From assembly GCA_963663225.1 (NCBI GenBank), contig OY760142.1, positions 1,664,001 through 1,728,000 on the forward strand: a stretch of DNA of 64,000 nucleotides, in the 5' to 3' direction. Made by a program: the position numbers and the translations under genes. The notes beneath the pieces are model-generated. The model was not told the origin of the DNA, ran no database searches, and worked only from the letters and a program-made list of their open reading frames with translations. Of the stretch, positions 49,867 through 59,564 are shown piece by piece (position 1 is the first letter of the stretch; each line of letters starts with the position of its first letter). The DNA comes from Nitrospirota bacterium. Lineage in GTDB: Bacteria > Nitrospirota > UBA9217.

Positions 49867-50259
49867 CTACTTGCCGTGCTTTTCTTTTTTCCGGTACACC
49901 GTGCCCTGGAAAAGAGCGACGATTTCCTTCTCTTGGTATATCTTGACGATATAGGTGGCCAGTTTGCTTCCGAGCGACACTTCTTCCGCTTCAGCGATGA
50001 TTTCTCCGGCAGTCACCGCCTTGAGGTACGACATTGTGGCATTGATGCCGACGGCGACAGTGCCGTGGCTGTTGGACGCCGCTGCGAACGCATAATCAGC
50101 CAGGGTGAAAAATGCCCCGCCATGGAGCGTTCCCACCCCGTTCAGATGGTGGGGCTTTACGACGAGCCGTACTGTCGCTTTTCCGTTTCCCGCAGTCAGC
50201 AGCTCCATGCCGGTGTACTCGGCAAATTTGTCATTCTTTAAAAACGATGTTGGATTCAC
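49867..50259 (-). CDS. paaI: PaaI-family hotdog thioesterase
   Basis: HLNGVGTLHGGAFFTLAD.AFAAASNS motif. Confidence 0.9.
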   Translation of the reverse strand: MNPTSFLKNDKFAEYTGMELLTAGNGKATVRLVVKPHHLNGVGTLHGGAFFTLADYAFAAASNSHGTVAVGINATMSYLKAVTAGEIIAEAEEVSLGSKLATYIVKIYQEKEIVALFQGTVYRKKEKHGK

Positions 50260-50268
50260 GATAAACTC

Positions 50269-50697
50269 TCATTTCCTCAGGCTGTCGCTGTCGATCAGTC
50301 CGATGCCGTGCTGTTCCAGCACCCGGATGGCTTTCTGATGGTCTTCCACCCTGAAAATAACGGCCGCGGCGTTCTTTCTTTTTTCCACCATGGCGTACAC
50401 GTATTCAAGGTTAATGTCGTTGTCGTCGAAAATTTTCAGGATTCTGTTCAATCCGCCGGGGGTGTCCTCCACTTCGACGGCGATGACGTCCGTTTCCTGG
50501 ACGACGAAGTCATTCCGCTTGAGCACGGAAGCGCACTTTTCCGGATCGTCGACAATCATCCGCAGCATGCCGAAATCCGCAGTATCGGCGAGCGAAAGGG
50601 CGCGGATGTCTATCCCCTCTTTCTCAAGGACTTCCGTGACCATTGCCAGACGGCCTTTTTTGTTTCCGATAAAAACCGATATTTGTTTGATCTTCAT
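50269..50697 (-). CDS. ACT-domain protein
   Basis: KQISVF..NK.GRL, LSLADTADFG.LR and DTPGGL motifs; typical paaK neighbour. Confidence 0.9.
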   Translation of the reverse strand: MKIKQISVFIGNKKGRLAMVTEVLEKEGIDIRALSLADTADFGMLRMIVDDPEKCASVLKRNDFVVQETDVIAVEVEDTPGGLNRILKIFDDNDINLEYVYAMVEKRKNAAAVIFRVEDHQKAIRVLEQHGIGLIDSDSLRK

Positions 50698-50721
50698 GTC
50701 GAGTCCCCCGGAATGAATAGT

Positions 50722-52020
50722 TTATATCTGGCGTTTGTCGATGACCCGTTTTGCCTTGCCCTCGCTTCTGGGAAGGCTTTTCTGCTCGACCAGCTTCACG
50801 TTCGCGTGGATCGAGAGCGTTGAATGCAGGCGGTGCTCGATTTTTTGCTCGATCTTTTCAAGGTTCTTGATTTCGTCGGAGAACAGGCTCTCGTTCATCT
50901 CGACCTGGACTTCGAGATCGTCCAGTTGTCCGTTTCTTTCGATGACCAGCTGGTAATGCGGCTCCACGCCCTCGATTTCGAACAGCACCTGCTCGATCTG
51001 CGACGGGAAGACGTTCACGCCGCGGATGATAAGCATGTCATCGGTCCTGCCGAGCAGCCGGTGCATTCTGCGCGACGTTCTCCCGCATGAGCAGCCCCCC
51101 TCTTCGAGATACGTGATGTCGCGCGTCCGGTAGCGGAGAATGGGCGTCCCTTCCTTCGTGATTGTGGTGATGACAAGTTCGCCTTTCTCACCAACGGGGA
51201 GCGGTTCGCCCGTCTTGGGATCGATGACTTCCGGATAGAAATAGTCCTCGAAGACATGCAGCCCGTTCTGATTTTCGCACTCCGCGGCAACGCCCGGTCC
51301 GATAATCTCTGTAAGGCCGAAGATGTCGTACGCTTTTACGCGAAGTTTTTCTTCTATTTCGATGCGCATGTTTTCGCTCCAGGGCTCCGCGCCGAAGAAC
51401 CCCGCCTTCAGAGAAAGCGTGGCAATATCAATGCCTTCTTCCCGGACGGCTTCCGCAAGATAGAGCGCGTACGAAGGGGTGCAGGTCAGCACGGTAGACC
51501 GAAAATCCGCCATGACCGTGACCTGCCGCTTGGTGTTTCCACCGGAAATGGGGATGATATTCGCGCCTATTTTTCTGCCGCCGTAATGAACGCCGAGGCC
51601 GCCGGTAAACAGTCCGTATCCATACGCGTTCTGAATGACATCATGGTTTGTAACACCGCCCATGCTGAGCGTTCTGGCCATGACTTCGGACCACAGCTCA
51701 ATGTCATTTCGCGTGTACGCGCTCACCACGGGTTTGCCGGTCGTGCCGGAGGAAGTGTGGATTTCCACAATGTCCTTCGGGTCGGCGGCGCGCAACCCGT
51801 AGGGATAGGTGTCCCGCATGTCGTCCTTCGTCGTGAACGGCAGCCTGACGATGTCTTTCACATCGCGGATGTCCTCAGGCTTTACCCGGAGTTCGTCCAT
51901 TTTTTTCTTGTAGAACGGGACCTTGGCATAAACAGTGCGCACAAGGTTCTGCAACCGTTTTGTCTGGAGGTTCCGAAGGTCTTCCGGAGCCATGGTCTCA
52001 TACTGTGCATTCCAAATCAT
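50722..52020 (-). CDS. paaK: Phenylacetate--CoA ligase family protein
   Basis: [34 protein letters not shown] and [16 protein letters not shown] motifs. Confidence 0.95.
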   Translation of the reverse strand: MIWNAQYETMAPEDLRNLQTKRLQNLVRTVYAKVPFYKKKMDELRVKPEDIRDVKDIVRLPFTTKDDMRDTYPYGLRAADPKDIVEIHTSSGTTGKPVVSAYTRNDIELWSEVMARTLSMGGVTNHDVIQNAYGYGLFTGGLGVHYGGRKIGANIIPISGGNTKRQVTVMADFRSTVLTCTPSYALYLAEAVREEGIDIATLSLKAGFFGAEPWSENMRIEIEEKLRVKAYDIFGLTEIIGPGVAAECENQNGLHVFEDYFYPEVIDPKTGEPLPVGEKGELVITTITKEGTPILRYRTRDITYLEEGGCSCGRTSRRMHRLLGRTDDMLIIRGVNVFPSQIEQVLFEIEGVEPHYQLVIERNGQLDDLEVQVEMNESLFSDEIKNLEKIEQKIEHRLHSTLSIHANVKLVEQKSLPRSEGKAKRVIDKRQI

Positions 52021-52051
52021 TTTTTCCCCTTTACCGCCCTGGAGCGTACGT

Positions 52052-52621
52052 TTATTGTGCCAGGGATTTTCCCACCAGAAACGCCGTCCAGTTGGCATCG
52101 AACGTACCGTCCGGAACATTGTCCTTCATGGACCGCTGCCATGCGTCATCGCTGAAATCAAGATGCGTGGACACGAGGCCCAGCAGCGCCGTATTCAGGA
52201 ATTTTACATTGCCGGTTTTTTCGTTTATCTGTGCGGGGTTGATCGCGATGCTGTTCTTGAAATGGGTCTTGATCGTCTGCTCGATCGTGTCGGGATATCC
52301 GGCGGCGTTGGGAGGCAATATCCTGGTTTTTGTGAAAATAACGTTGGTGTCGTTCCGCAGGTAGGAGAACCACCGCATGGTTTCCATTTCTTCAAGAGAT
52401 ATCAGAATGTCAACGTCGCCCTCGGGGATGACCGGTGAATAGACCTTCTCCCCGAACCGGATATGGCTGAACACCGAGCCGCCGCGCTGGCTCATGCCGT
52501 GGATTTCGCTTTTTTTTACGTCATGCCCCGCGTACAGGGCGGCAAGCGAGATGATGTCGCTTGCCAGGACGATTCCCTGCCCGCCGACACCTACCATCAG
52601 TACATTTGTAATATTAGACAT
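52052..52621 (-). CDS. iorB: Indolepyruvate:ferredoxin oxidoreductase beta subunit
   Basis: GVGGQG and [13 protein letters not shown] motifs. Confidence 0.95.
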   Translation of the reverse strand: MSNITNVLMVGVGGQGIVLASDIISLAALYAGHDVKKSEIHGMSQRGGSVFSHIRFGEKVYSPVIPEGDVDILISLEEMETMRWFSYLRNDTNVIFTKTRILPPNAAGYPDTIEQTIKTHFKNSIAINPAQINEKTGNVKFLNTALLGLVSTHLDFSDDAWQRSMKDNVPDGTFDANWTAFLVGKSLAQ

Positions 52622-52627
52622 GGTCGG

Positions 52628-54211
52628 TTATTTCTTCCTTTTCTGCAGAATCACGCAAAGCCCCTTCACAATAAGAAAGGACAAGCCTTTTTTGCCGAGC
52701 AACTGTGAAATGGATTCCTCGATTTCCCGGTCGCTGTAGGCGTCCACGGTCCTGAAATTCTCCTCAGGAATGCCGACTGCCTGCGCGAGTTTCTCGTAGT
52801 TCAGCGAGACGGCGGGCTGTCTGCGGATCGTTTCTCCGGACAGGGGATTCGGCTGCATTCCGGTCATGGCGGTGGTGCCGTTGTCCAGCACGATGACGAG
52901 TGTGTCTCTGCCGTTGTACGCCGCGTTCAGGAGGCCGGTTATGCCGGAATGGGCGAACGTAGAATCGCCGATGACCGCCACCACATTCTGTTTGTGGTTT
53001 TTTCCCTCGGCGATCTCGATCCCCTGGGCAATGGTTATGCTCGCGCCCATGTCCATGCAGGTGTCAAGGGCCGAGAAGGGCGGCAGGACGCCCAGCGTGT
53101 AACAGCCGATGTCGCCCGTAACATACACACCCAGCTTGTTCAGGGTGGAAAACACCTTCCGGTGAGGGCAGCCCGGGCAGAGAGACGGGGGCCGGCTCGG
53201 AATGTCAACCGGGACTGAAATGGTTGCGGGACGAGGCGTTTTGGTCACCGCTCTTTTTATAACGCCGGGATCAAATTCTCCGACAATCGGGAGCACGTTC
53301 TTGCCCTGCACGCTGAAGCCCAGCGATTTGATATGCGATTCGATGTGCGGGTCCAGTTCTTCTACAATATATACGTTTTTGATTTTCGCGAAAAAATCCC
53401 TGATCAGGCCGTCCGGGAAAGGGTATACCATGCCCAGCTTAAGAATGGAAGCGTTGGGGAACGCGTCCCGCACATAGGAGTAACAGATGCCGGAAGTGAC
53501 AAAGCCAATCGAGGTATCCTTTATTTCCATTTTATTGAGCGCGTAGCTGTTGGCCGCCTGTTCCATCTGTGACAGGCGTTTTTCCACTTCCACGTGCCGC
53601 TTCCGGGCAAAGGCCGGAATCATCACATATTTCTGGATGTTTTTTGTGAAGCCCTTGGTGATCGGCGAGGCAGTGCGGGGGCCGACGGCAACCGCGCCTT
53701 TGGAATGGGAAATCCTTGTCGTGGTTCTTAAAAGAACGGGTGTGTCGTATTGTTCGCTCAGCAGGAGGGCCTGGCCTACAAAGTCTTTTGCCTCCTGCGA
53801 ATTTGCCGGCTCCAGCATGGGGATTTTTGCTGCCACAGCGTAATGACGGCTGTCCTGCTCGTTCTGCGAGGAGTGCATGTCAGGATCATCCGCGGCCACG
53901 ATGATCAAACCGCCCTTCACCCCGATATAAGAAGCGGTAAACAGCGGGTCAGCCGCCACATTTAGTCCGACATGCTTCATGGTTACAAGGGTGCGCGCGC
54001 CGGCAAGAGATGCCCCCACGCCGACTTCCAGGGCGACTTTTTCATTGACCGACCATTCGGTGTAGATGTCTGGATACTCCGCAGTGACGGCTTCGAGTAT
54101 TTCCGTTGACGGCGTCCCCGGATACCCGGTGCAGACGCTGATGTCCGATTCCCACGCGCCGCGCGCGATTGCTTCATTGCCTGATAATAAAAGAATTTCG
54201 CTGGTTTTCAT
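52628..54211 (-). CDS. iorA: Indolepyruvate:ferredoxin oxidoreductase alpha subunit (no C-terminal ferredoxin domain)
   Basis: GNEAIARG, YPGTPSTE, MKHVGLNVAAD, LCPGCPH, DIGCY and IGDSTF.HSG motifs. Confidence 0.95.
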   Translation of the reverse strand: MKTSEILLLSGNEAIARGAWESDISVCTGYPGTPSTEILEAVTAEYPDIYTEWSVNEKVALEVGVGASLAGARTLVTMKHVGLNVAADPLFTASYIGVKGGLIIVAADDPDMHSSQNEQDSRHYAVAAKIPMLEPANSQEAKDFVGQALLLSEQYDTPVLLRTTTRISHSKGAVAVGPRTASPITKGFTKNIQKYVMIPAFARKRHVEVEKRLSQMEQAANSYALNKMEIKDTSIGFVTSGICYSYVRDAFPNASILKLGMVYPFPDGLIRDFFAKIKNVYIVEELDPHIESHIKSLGFSVQGKNVLPIVGEFDPGVIKRAVTKTPRPATISVPVDIPSRPPSLCPGCPHRKVFSTLNKLGVYVTGDIGCYTLGVLPPFSALDTCMDMGASITIAQGIEIAEGKNHKQNVVAVIGDSTFAHSGITGLLNAAYNGRDTLVIVLDNGTTAMTGMQPNPLSGETIRRQPAVSLNYEKLAQAVGIPEENFRTVDAYSDREIEESISQLLGKKGLSFLIVKGLCVILQKRKK

Positions 54212-54493
54212 GCGAGCTCGGTTCTCCCGGTTTGTGTAAGAATGCCGCTATAATAGCACAATAAAAAAAAGTGTAAATAGGATTTTCGCCTGATGATGGC
54301 TTGGGAAGAGTTTAATAGGTTAAATACAGTTTAGAGTATGGCGTTCCGGAAAGCCAGATGCTTTACTTTTTCAACAAGGGAGAGTAAACTTTTCATCCAG
54401 CCCGAATGATAATACCGCTTGAGAAGAGCACCCGAACCGATGTTTTTCCAGGAGAGATTCGTCTCTCTTCAATTCCTGATTAAGGAGAAATGT

Positions 54494-56002
54494 ATGGACC
54501 GTAGAAATTTTCTGAGAATTGCCATGATGTCGCCGGTTGCCGGAGGGCTTTTGCTTTCCCCGTGCACGTCAGCAGCCCGCGGGATACCGGCGGCAGCTAT
54601 TACCGAACTGCCGAAGGGGTTCTGTTATGCCGGACCGCCAGCCGGAGAAATCACCACGACACTCAGGGATTTGTTCAAGGTGGGGCCCGGCCCTTCCAGT
54701 TCGCACACGGTTGCCCCCATACGGATTGCGAGCAACTTCCGCGACGCCCTGCAAGCACTGCCTGATGACCGGTTCCGGCTGTCCGAGAAAATTGAGGTCA
54801 GGTTTTTCGGGAGTCTCAGCGCCACGGGTAAAGGCCACCGAACCGACAGGGCGGTGCTTGCCGGGCTGTTGGGCGAGCGCCCGGAGACGTGCAGCACGGC
54901 GCTTATGGACGATTTGCAAAACACCGCAAAGGTGCGCACCACGGAGATCAGAGGAAAACGCTTCGAACTTTCGGGCGCCACTATCGTATGGGACAAGATA
55001 GAGCATGACTTTCCTTACGCAAACACGATGATTCTGCGGCTCCTGGGGCGGGATGAAAACGTGTTGTTCGAGCGCGAGTATTATTCAACCGGGGGAGGAT
55101 TCTTCTCCTATAAAGGGGAACGGCCGCTGGAACGCGGCAAACCGGTTTACTCTTTTGGGAGCATGACTGCGTTTAAGAAGATTGCGGCTGAAAAGAATAA
55201 AAAACTTCATGAGATTCTGATGGAAAACGAGATGGCGATACTGCAGGTATCCGAGAAGGAGATAAACGGCCATCTCGATCTGGTGATTGATACCATGTTG
55301 CGTGGAGTTCGTCTCGGGCTGAACGAGGAGGGGATACTTCCCGGGCCTTTTGAACTGCACCGCAAAGCAAAGTTGATTTATGAGAAATCCCGCGTTCTGA
55401 AAAACGATGAGCGTTTCATGGGAGAGCTGTCAAGCTACGCCCTGGCGGTTTCTGAAGGCAACGCGGCAGGCCGGCTTGCCGTAACAGCCCCGACTCTCGG
55501 GTCCGCCGGGACGATGCCCGGAATCCTTTACCTCATGAAAAACAAAATGAAGCTTTCGCGGGCCGACTTGCGAAAGGGACTGATGGCGGCAGGGCTGGTT
55601 GGCTTCCTGTGCAAGAACAACGCGAGCATAGCCGGAGCTGAAGTGGGGTGCCAGGGGGAGATCGGGGTCGCTTCATCCATGGCTGCCGCCATGCTGGCTT
55701 ATGCTGCCGGTGCATCGCTGGACGTAACTGAGAACGCCGCGACAATCGCCCTTGAGCATCATCTTGGTATGACCTGCGATCCGGTGGGTGGGTTTGTGCT
55801 GATTCCCTGCATAGAAAGAAACGCCTTTGGATCCATCAAGGCGTACAACGCGTGGATCATCGCAAAAAACGAAATAGCCTCGCAGCACTGGGAGGACCTG
55901 GACCGCGTTATCGCCGCCATGCTTGAGGCAGGCAAGGCAATGCCGCCAAAACTGCGGGAGATGGGGACAGGAGGACTCGGCGTGTCGATGGTGAATTGCT
56001 GA
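54494..56002 (+). CDS. sdaA: Fe-S-dependent single-chain L-serine dehydratase with a Tat-like signal peptide
   Basis: GPGPSSSHT, GSLSATGKGH.TD, TAPT.G.AG, GAEVGCQGE and HHLGMTCDP.GG.V.IPCIERN motifs. N-terminus MDRRNFLR after AAGGAG. Confidence 0.92.
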   Translation: MDRRNFLRIAMMSPVAGGLLLSPCTSAARGIPAAAITELPKGFCYAGPPAGEITTTLRDLFKVGPGPSSSHTVAPIRIASNFRDALQALPDDRFRLSEKIEVRFFGSLSATGKGHRTDRAVLAGLLGERPETCSTALMDDLQNTAKVRTTEIRGKRFELSGATIVWDKIEHDFPYANTMILRLLGRDENVLFEREYYSTGGGFFSYKGERPLERGKPVYSFGSMTAFKKIAAEKNKKLHEILMENEMAILQVSEKEINGHLDLVIDTMLRGVRLGLNEEGILPGPFELHRKAKLIYEKSRVLKNDERFMGELSSYALAVSEGNAAGRLAVTAPTLGSAGTMPGILYLMKNKMKLSRADLRKGLMAAGLVGFLCKNNASIAGAEVGCQGEIGVASSMAAAMLAYAAGASLDVTENAATIALEHHLGMTCDPVGGFVLIPCIERNAFGSIKAYNAWIIAKNEIASQHWEDLDRVIAAMLEAGKAMPPKLREMGTGGLGVSMVNC

Positions 56003-56062
56003 GACAGGCTCTCGTAAAACAAAAAAGACCGGCGATAGAGCCGATCTTTATGAAGATATTGT

Positions 56063-56149
56063 TGGTGCCGGCGGTCGGAATCGAACCGACATGGAGTTGC
56101 CCCCGGAGGATTTTGAGTCCTCTGCGTCTACCAGTTCCACCACGCCGGC
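56063..56149 (-). tRNA. tRNA-Leu(CAA)
   Basis: Cloverleaf GCCGGCG...GAGGA-CT-CAA-AA-TCCTC, long variable arm, GTTCGATTC T loop and encoded CCA. Confidence 0.97.
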
Positions 56150-56234
56150 ACGGAATGAAACTTACACTAACCCAAATTCTCTGTCAAGTAAAAAGGCTTG
56201 CATCTTCCCCATCCGGTTTGTATAATAACTCGCT

Positions 56235-56690
56235 ATGCTTACGGGGTACAATACCGACTTCAAGTTTCAGGGCAAAGTCTACCACGTCCAGACAGAGGAC
56301 GGCGGGCGGAACAGCCCGCAGATAACCTCGTTGTTGTACAGCAAAGGAGAAATACTTGCATCCCGCAGGACCAGTTACGCCGATATTGTAAAAGCGGATT
56401 GTCTGGACGAAGTCGTCCGTGAACTCATGATGGAGCAGCACAAGCAGATGATCCGCGATCTGATGCACGGAAAGCTGGAATTGAATACTGCTCCCGCCGC
56501 ACCCGCACCTCCGCCGGAACCGGTCCTGACGGAGCCCCAGGCGCCTCCGGTCCAGGATGCACCGCCAGCCACGCCATCTCCCCCGCCGCCGGTTTCCCAG
56601 GAACCCCAGGAAGAGGTCAAGGAAAAAAGCCTTGATGATATCATTCTTGATTTTCTTGCGCAGGAACAGAAAGAGCGGAATCAAAATTGA
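56235..56690 (+). CDS. Conserved hypothetical protein with Pro-rich linker
   Basis: GYNT...YHVQTED.G, LMMEQHK and SLDDIILDFL motifs. TTGCAT-17-TATAAT promoter ends 8 nt before the ATG. Confidence 0.85.
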   Translation: MLTGYNTDFKFQGKVYHVQTEDGGRNSPQITSLLYSKGEILASRRTSYADIVKADCLDEVVRELMMEQHKQMIRDLMHGKLELNTAPAAPAPPPEPVLTEPQAPPVQDAPPATPSPPPPVSQEPQEEVKEKSLDDIILDFLAQEQKERNQN

Positions 56691-56814
56691 TATGTTCACC
56701 CGGCTGTTTCAAAGAGGAACTCCGGCCGGTTTTTGCACATCGGACGCACAGAGCACCCGAAGCGGGGATGCCCGCACGGATAGTGGAACCATATTGAACT
56801 GAGGAGGTTTTTGC

Positions 56815-57657
56815 ATGGCAGTTACTGCGGACCAATTGAAGACGCTTACGGACAAGGCCCGGAGAATACGGATTGACATCCTGAAGATGCTGACCGAATC
56901 CGGCTCCGGCCATACCGGAGGCAGCCTGTCCGCTGCAGATATTGCAACGGCGCTCTACTTTTATAAAATGAAATACGATCCGAAAAAACCCGACTGGAAG
57001 GGCCGGGATTATTTCGTGCTTTCCAAAGGGCACGCGGCGCCGCTCCTGTACGCGGTCCTTGCGCACGCCGGTTTTTTCGAACACGCTGAATTGTGCACGC
57101 TCCGCAAGCTGGGCTCCCGGCTGCAGGGGCATCCGGACAGCAAGCGTCTGCCCGGCGTGGATATATCGACCGGTTCGCTCGGCCAGGGGCTGTCGGTGGC
57201 GAACGGGATCGCGCTTGCGCACAAGGTGGACAAAGCGCCGAACCGCGTCTACACGCTGCTCGGTGACGGCGAGCTCCAGGAAGGACAGGTCTGGGAGGCC
57301 GCCATGACGTCGGCGCATTACAAGCTCGACAATCTGTGCGCGCTTATCGACAACAACGGGCTGCAGATCGACGGACCGGTGAAGGAGATCATGAACATAG
57401 AGCCGATTACGGACAAGTGGCGCGCGTTCGGCTGGGAAGTGCTGGACATTGACGGCCATGATATGAAGAAGATCGTTGATGCTCTTGATAAAGCTGAAAC
57501 CGTGAAAGGCAGGCCGACTGCCATCGTCTGCCGGACCGTTAAGGGAAAAGGCTCGGCAGTGTTCGAAGGCAAGGTGGAGTTTCACGGGACCACCCCTTCA
57601 CCAGAAGAGCTTGAGATCGCATTAAAAGAATTATCCGAAGAAACGGCATGTAAATAG
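56815..57657 (+). CDS. Transketolase, N-terminal subunit
   Basis: SGHTGGSLS, LSKGH, LQGHP, STGSLGQG and GDGELQEG motifs. Confidence 0.95.
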   Translation: MAVTADQLKTLTDKARRIRIDILKMLTESGSGHTGGSLSAADIATALYFYKMKYDPKKPDWKGRDYFVLSKGHAAPLLYAVLAHAGFFEHAELCTLRKLGSRLQGHPDSKRLPGVDISTGSLGQGLSVANGIALAHKVDKAPNRVYTLLGDGELQEGQVWEAAMTSAHYKLDNLCALIDNNGLQIDGPVKEIMNIEPITDKWRAFGWEVLDIDGHDMKKIVDALDKAETVKGRPTAIVCRTVKGKGSAVFEGKVEFHGTTPSPEELEIALKELSEETACK

Positions 57658-57738
57658 ACCGTGACGGATTGCTTGCCGGGGGCGGACGGTTTTGTCCCCG
57701 CGATGATCTGCAGTCCATCATAAAGCACAGGGGGAATT

Positions 57739-58680
57739 GTGACACAACAGATTGCGACAAGAGATGCGTACGGAGATGCCCTGGTGGCGCTCGGGAAAAA
57801 GCGGAGCGATGTGATCGTGCTGGATGCGGACCTGTCCGGCTCCACGAAAACAGCCAAGTTTGCCAAAGCATTTCCGGATCGTTTTTTTAACATGGGCATA
57901 GCCGAACAGGATATGATGGGCACCGCTGCGGGTCTCGCGACCGCGGGCAAACTGCCGTTCGTGAGCACGTTCGCGGTGTTTGCAACCGGCAGAGGTTGGG
58001 AACAGATACGCCAGTCCATCTGCTATTCAAAGTTGAATGTAAAAATTGTGGCAAGCCACGCGGGCATTACGGTCGGCGAGGACGGCGGTTCCCACCAATC
58101 GGTCGAGGACATAGCCGTGATGCGGGTAATACCGAATATGACGGTGATTGTGCCGGCGGACGGTGTGGAAGCGCGCAAGGCCATCGAGGCGGTTGCGGAC
58201 TATAAAGGACCGTGCTATGTTCGCGCAGGACGAAGCAAGGTGCCGACGTTGTTTGGAGACGACTACTCCTTTGCCATCGGCAAGGCGCACGTGTTCAGCA
58301 CGGGGAAGGACGCCGCCATCATCGCGACAGGGATTATGGTTGCCGAGGCGCTCAAGGCGCGGGACCTCCTGAAGGCGGACGGTATCGACGCAGGCGTGAT
58401 CAATATGTCCACGATCAAACCGCTTGATACCGCTGCGGTTATAGAAGCAGCTCGGTACAGCGGCGCGATCGTGACGGCGGAGGAACATTCCATCGTCGGA
58501 GGACTCGCCGGGGCGGTGGCGGAAGCGCTTGCTGAAGCCGCGCCAGCGCCCATGGTGCGCGTCGGCGTGCAGGATGTGTTCGGGTCCTCCGGGAACCACG
58601 CGGGGCTCCTGAAACACTATGGACTGACGGCGGACGACATCGCGGCGGCGGTAAAAAAGGTCGTAAAACTGAAGCGCTGA
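57739..58680 (+). CDS. Transketolase, C-terminal subunit
   Basis: DADLSGST, GIAEQ, GEDGGSHQ and TAEEH motifs. Confidence 0.95.
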   Translation: MTQQIATRDAYGDALVALGKKRSDVIVLDADLSGSTKTAKFAKAFPDRFFNMGIAEQDMMGTAAGLATAGKLPFVSTFAVFATGRGWEQIRQSICYSKLNVKIVASHAGITVGEDGGSHQSVEDIAVMRVIPNMTVIVPADGVEARKAIEAVADYKGPCYVRAGRSKVPTLFGDDYSFAIGKAHVFSTGKDAAIIATGIMVAEALKARDLLKADGIDAGVINMSTIKPLDTAAVIEAARYSGAIVTAEEHSIVGGLAGAVAEALAEAAPAPMVRVGVQDVFGSSGNHAGLLKHYGLTADDIAAAVKKVVKLKR

Positions 58681-58823
58681 AATTTTTTGCGGTAGATTGC
58701 CTGCAGCAGCGAAGAGCGCCTCCGGCACGCAGAACGCGGCAAACGGTGTGACAGCCATGCCCTGCGGCTAGGAAGTCCTGCAGGCGCTGTGTGTTCTTCT
58801 GAACCTTTTGTCATGGTGCGGCA

Positions 58824-59564
58824 ATGATCCAACTTCACGGCGTATCGAAATATTATGAAGGCGTTCCCGCCCTGCGTAATGTCAGTTTTTCCGTAAGCAA
58901 AGGCGAGTTCGTCTTTGTGACCGGCCCGAGCGGCGCCGGCAAAACCACCCTTCTGAAGATTCTCTTCTGCGCGGAACATGCGGACGAAGGGCAGATCATC
59001 ATCCACGGTGTAAACGCTTTCCGGCTCACCTCTTCGAACATTCCCTATCTTCGGCGCAACATGGGTTTTGTTTTTCAGGATTATAAGCTGCTGTCTCATA
59101 AAACTATTTTTGAGAACATTGCGCTCGCGCTGAAAGTGGTAGGCACGCCGTACGGCGAAATCGAACGGCGCGTGCATCAGGTGCTGAAGAAGGTCGGCAT
59201 GGAGGAAAAGCAGCACCTGACGCCCCCGAAGCTTTCCGGCGGAGAGCAGCAGAAGATCGCGGTGGCGCGGGCGCTGGTAAATGAACCGCAGGTGCTGCTT
59301 GCGGACGAACCCACGGGCAACCTGGACCCGCAGAGCGGCCAGGATGTTTTCCGTCTGTTCAGGGACATCAACATGAAGGGGACGACGGTGCTCGTCGCGA
59401 CCCATGACCAGGAAACGGTAAAAAAGATGCAGCGCAGGATCATCACCATGGTCAACGGCTCGATTTCGGACGACGGTAGCCAGCCTTTGCGGCGCACACG
59501 GACGCCTAAACAGCTTACCATTGACACAGACGGCAGAACGAATCCGGGCGGGAGCGCTTCATGA
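58824..59564 (+). CDS. ftsE: Cell division ATP-binding protein FtsE
   Basis: GPSGAGKT, LSGGEQQ and ADEPTGNLD motifs; upstream of ftsX. Confidence 0.95.
   Translation: MIQLHGVSKYYEGVPALRNVSFSVSKGEFVFVTGPSGAGKTTLLKILFCAEHADEGQIIIHGVNAFRLTSSNIPYLRRNMGFVFQDYKLLSHKTIFENIALALKVVGTPYGEIERRVHQVLKKVGMEEKQHLTPPKLSGGEQQKIAVARALVNEPQVLLADEPTGNLDPQSGQDVFRLFRDINMKGTTVLVATHDQETVKKMQRRIITMVNGSISDDGSQPLRRTRTPKQLTIDTDGRTNPGGSAS

Noticed and set aside
34550-56149. Genomic island integrated at tRNA-Leu
   Set aside because: No integrase and no duplicated tRNA 3' end found by eye. The intervening genes mostly have host-like composition.
57658-57738. Hairpin between transketolase halves as a frameshift or mobile element
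   Set aside because: Two-subunit transketolases are common, both genes are intact with their own RBS, and there are no terminal repeats or second copy.
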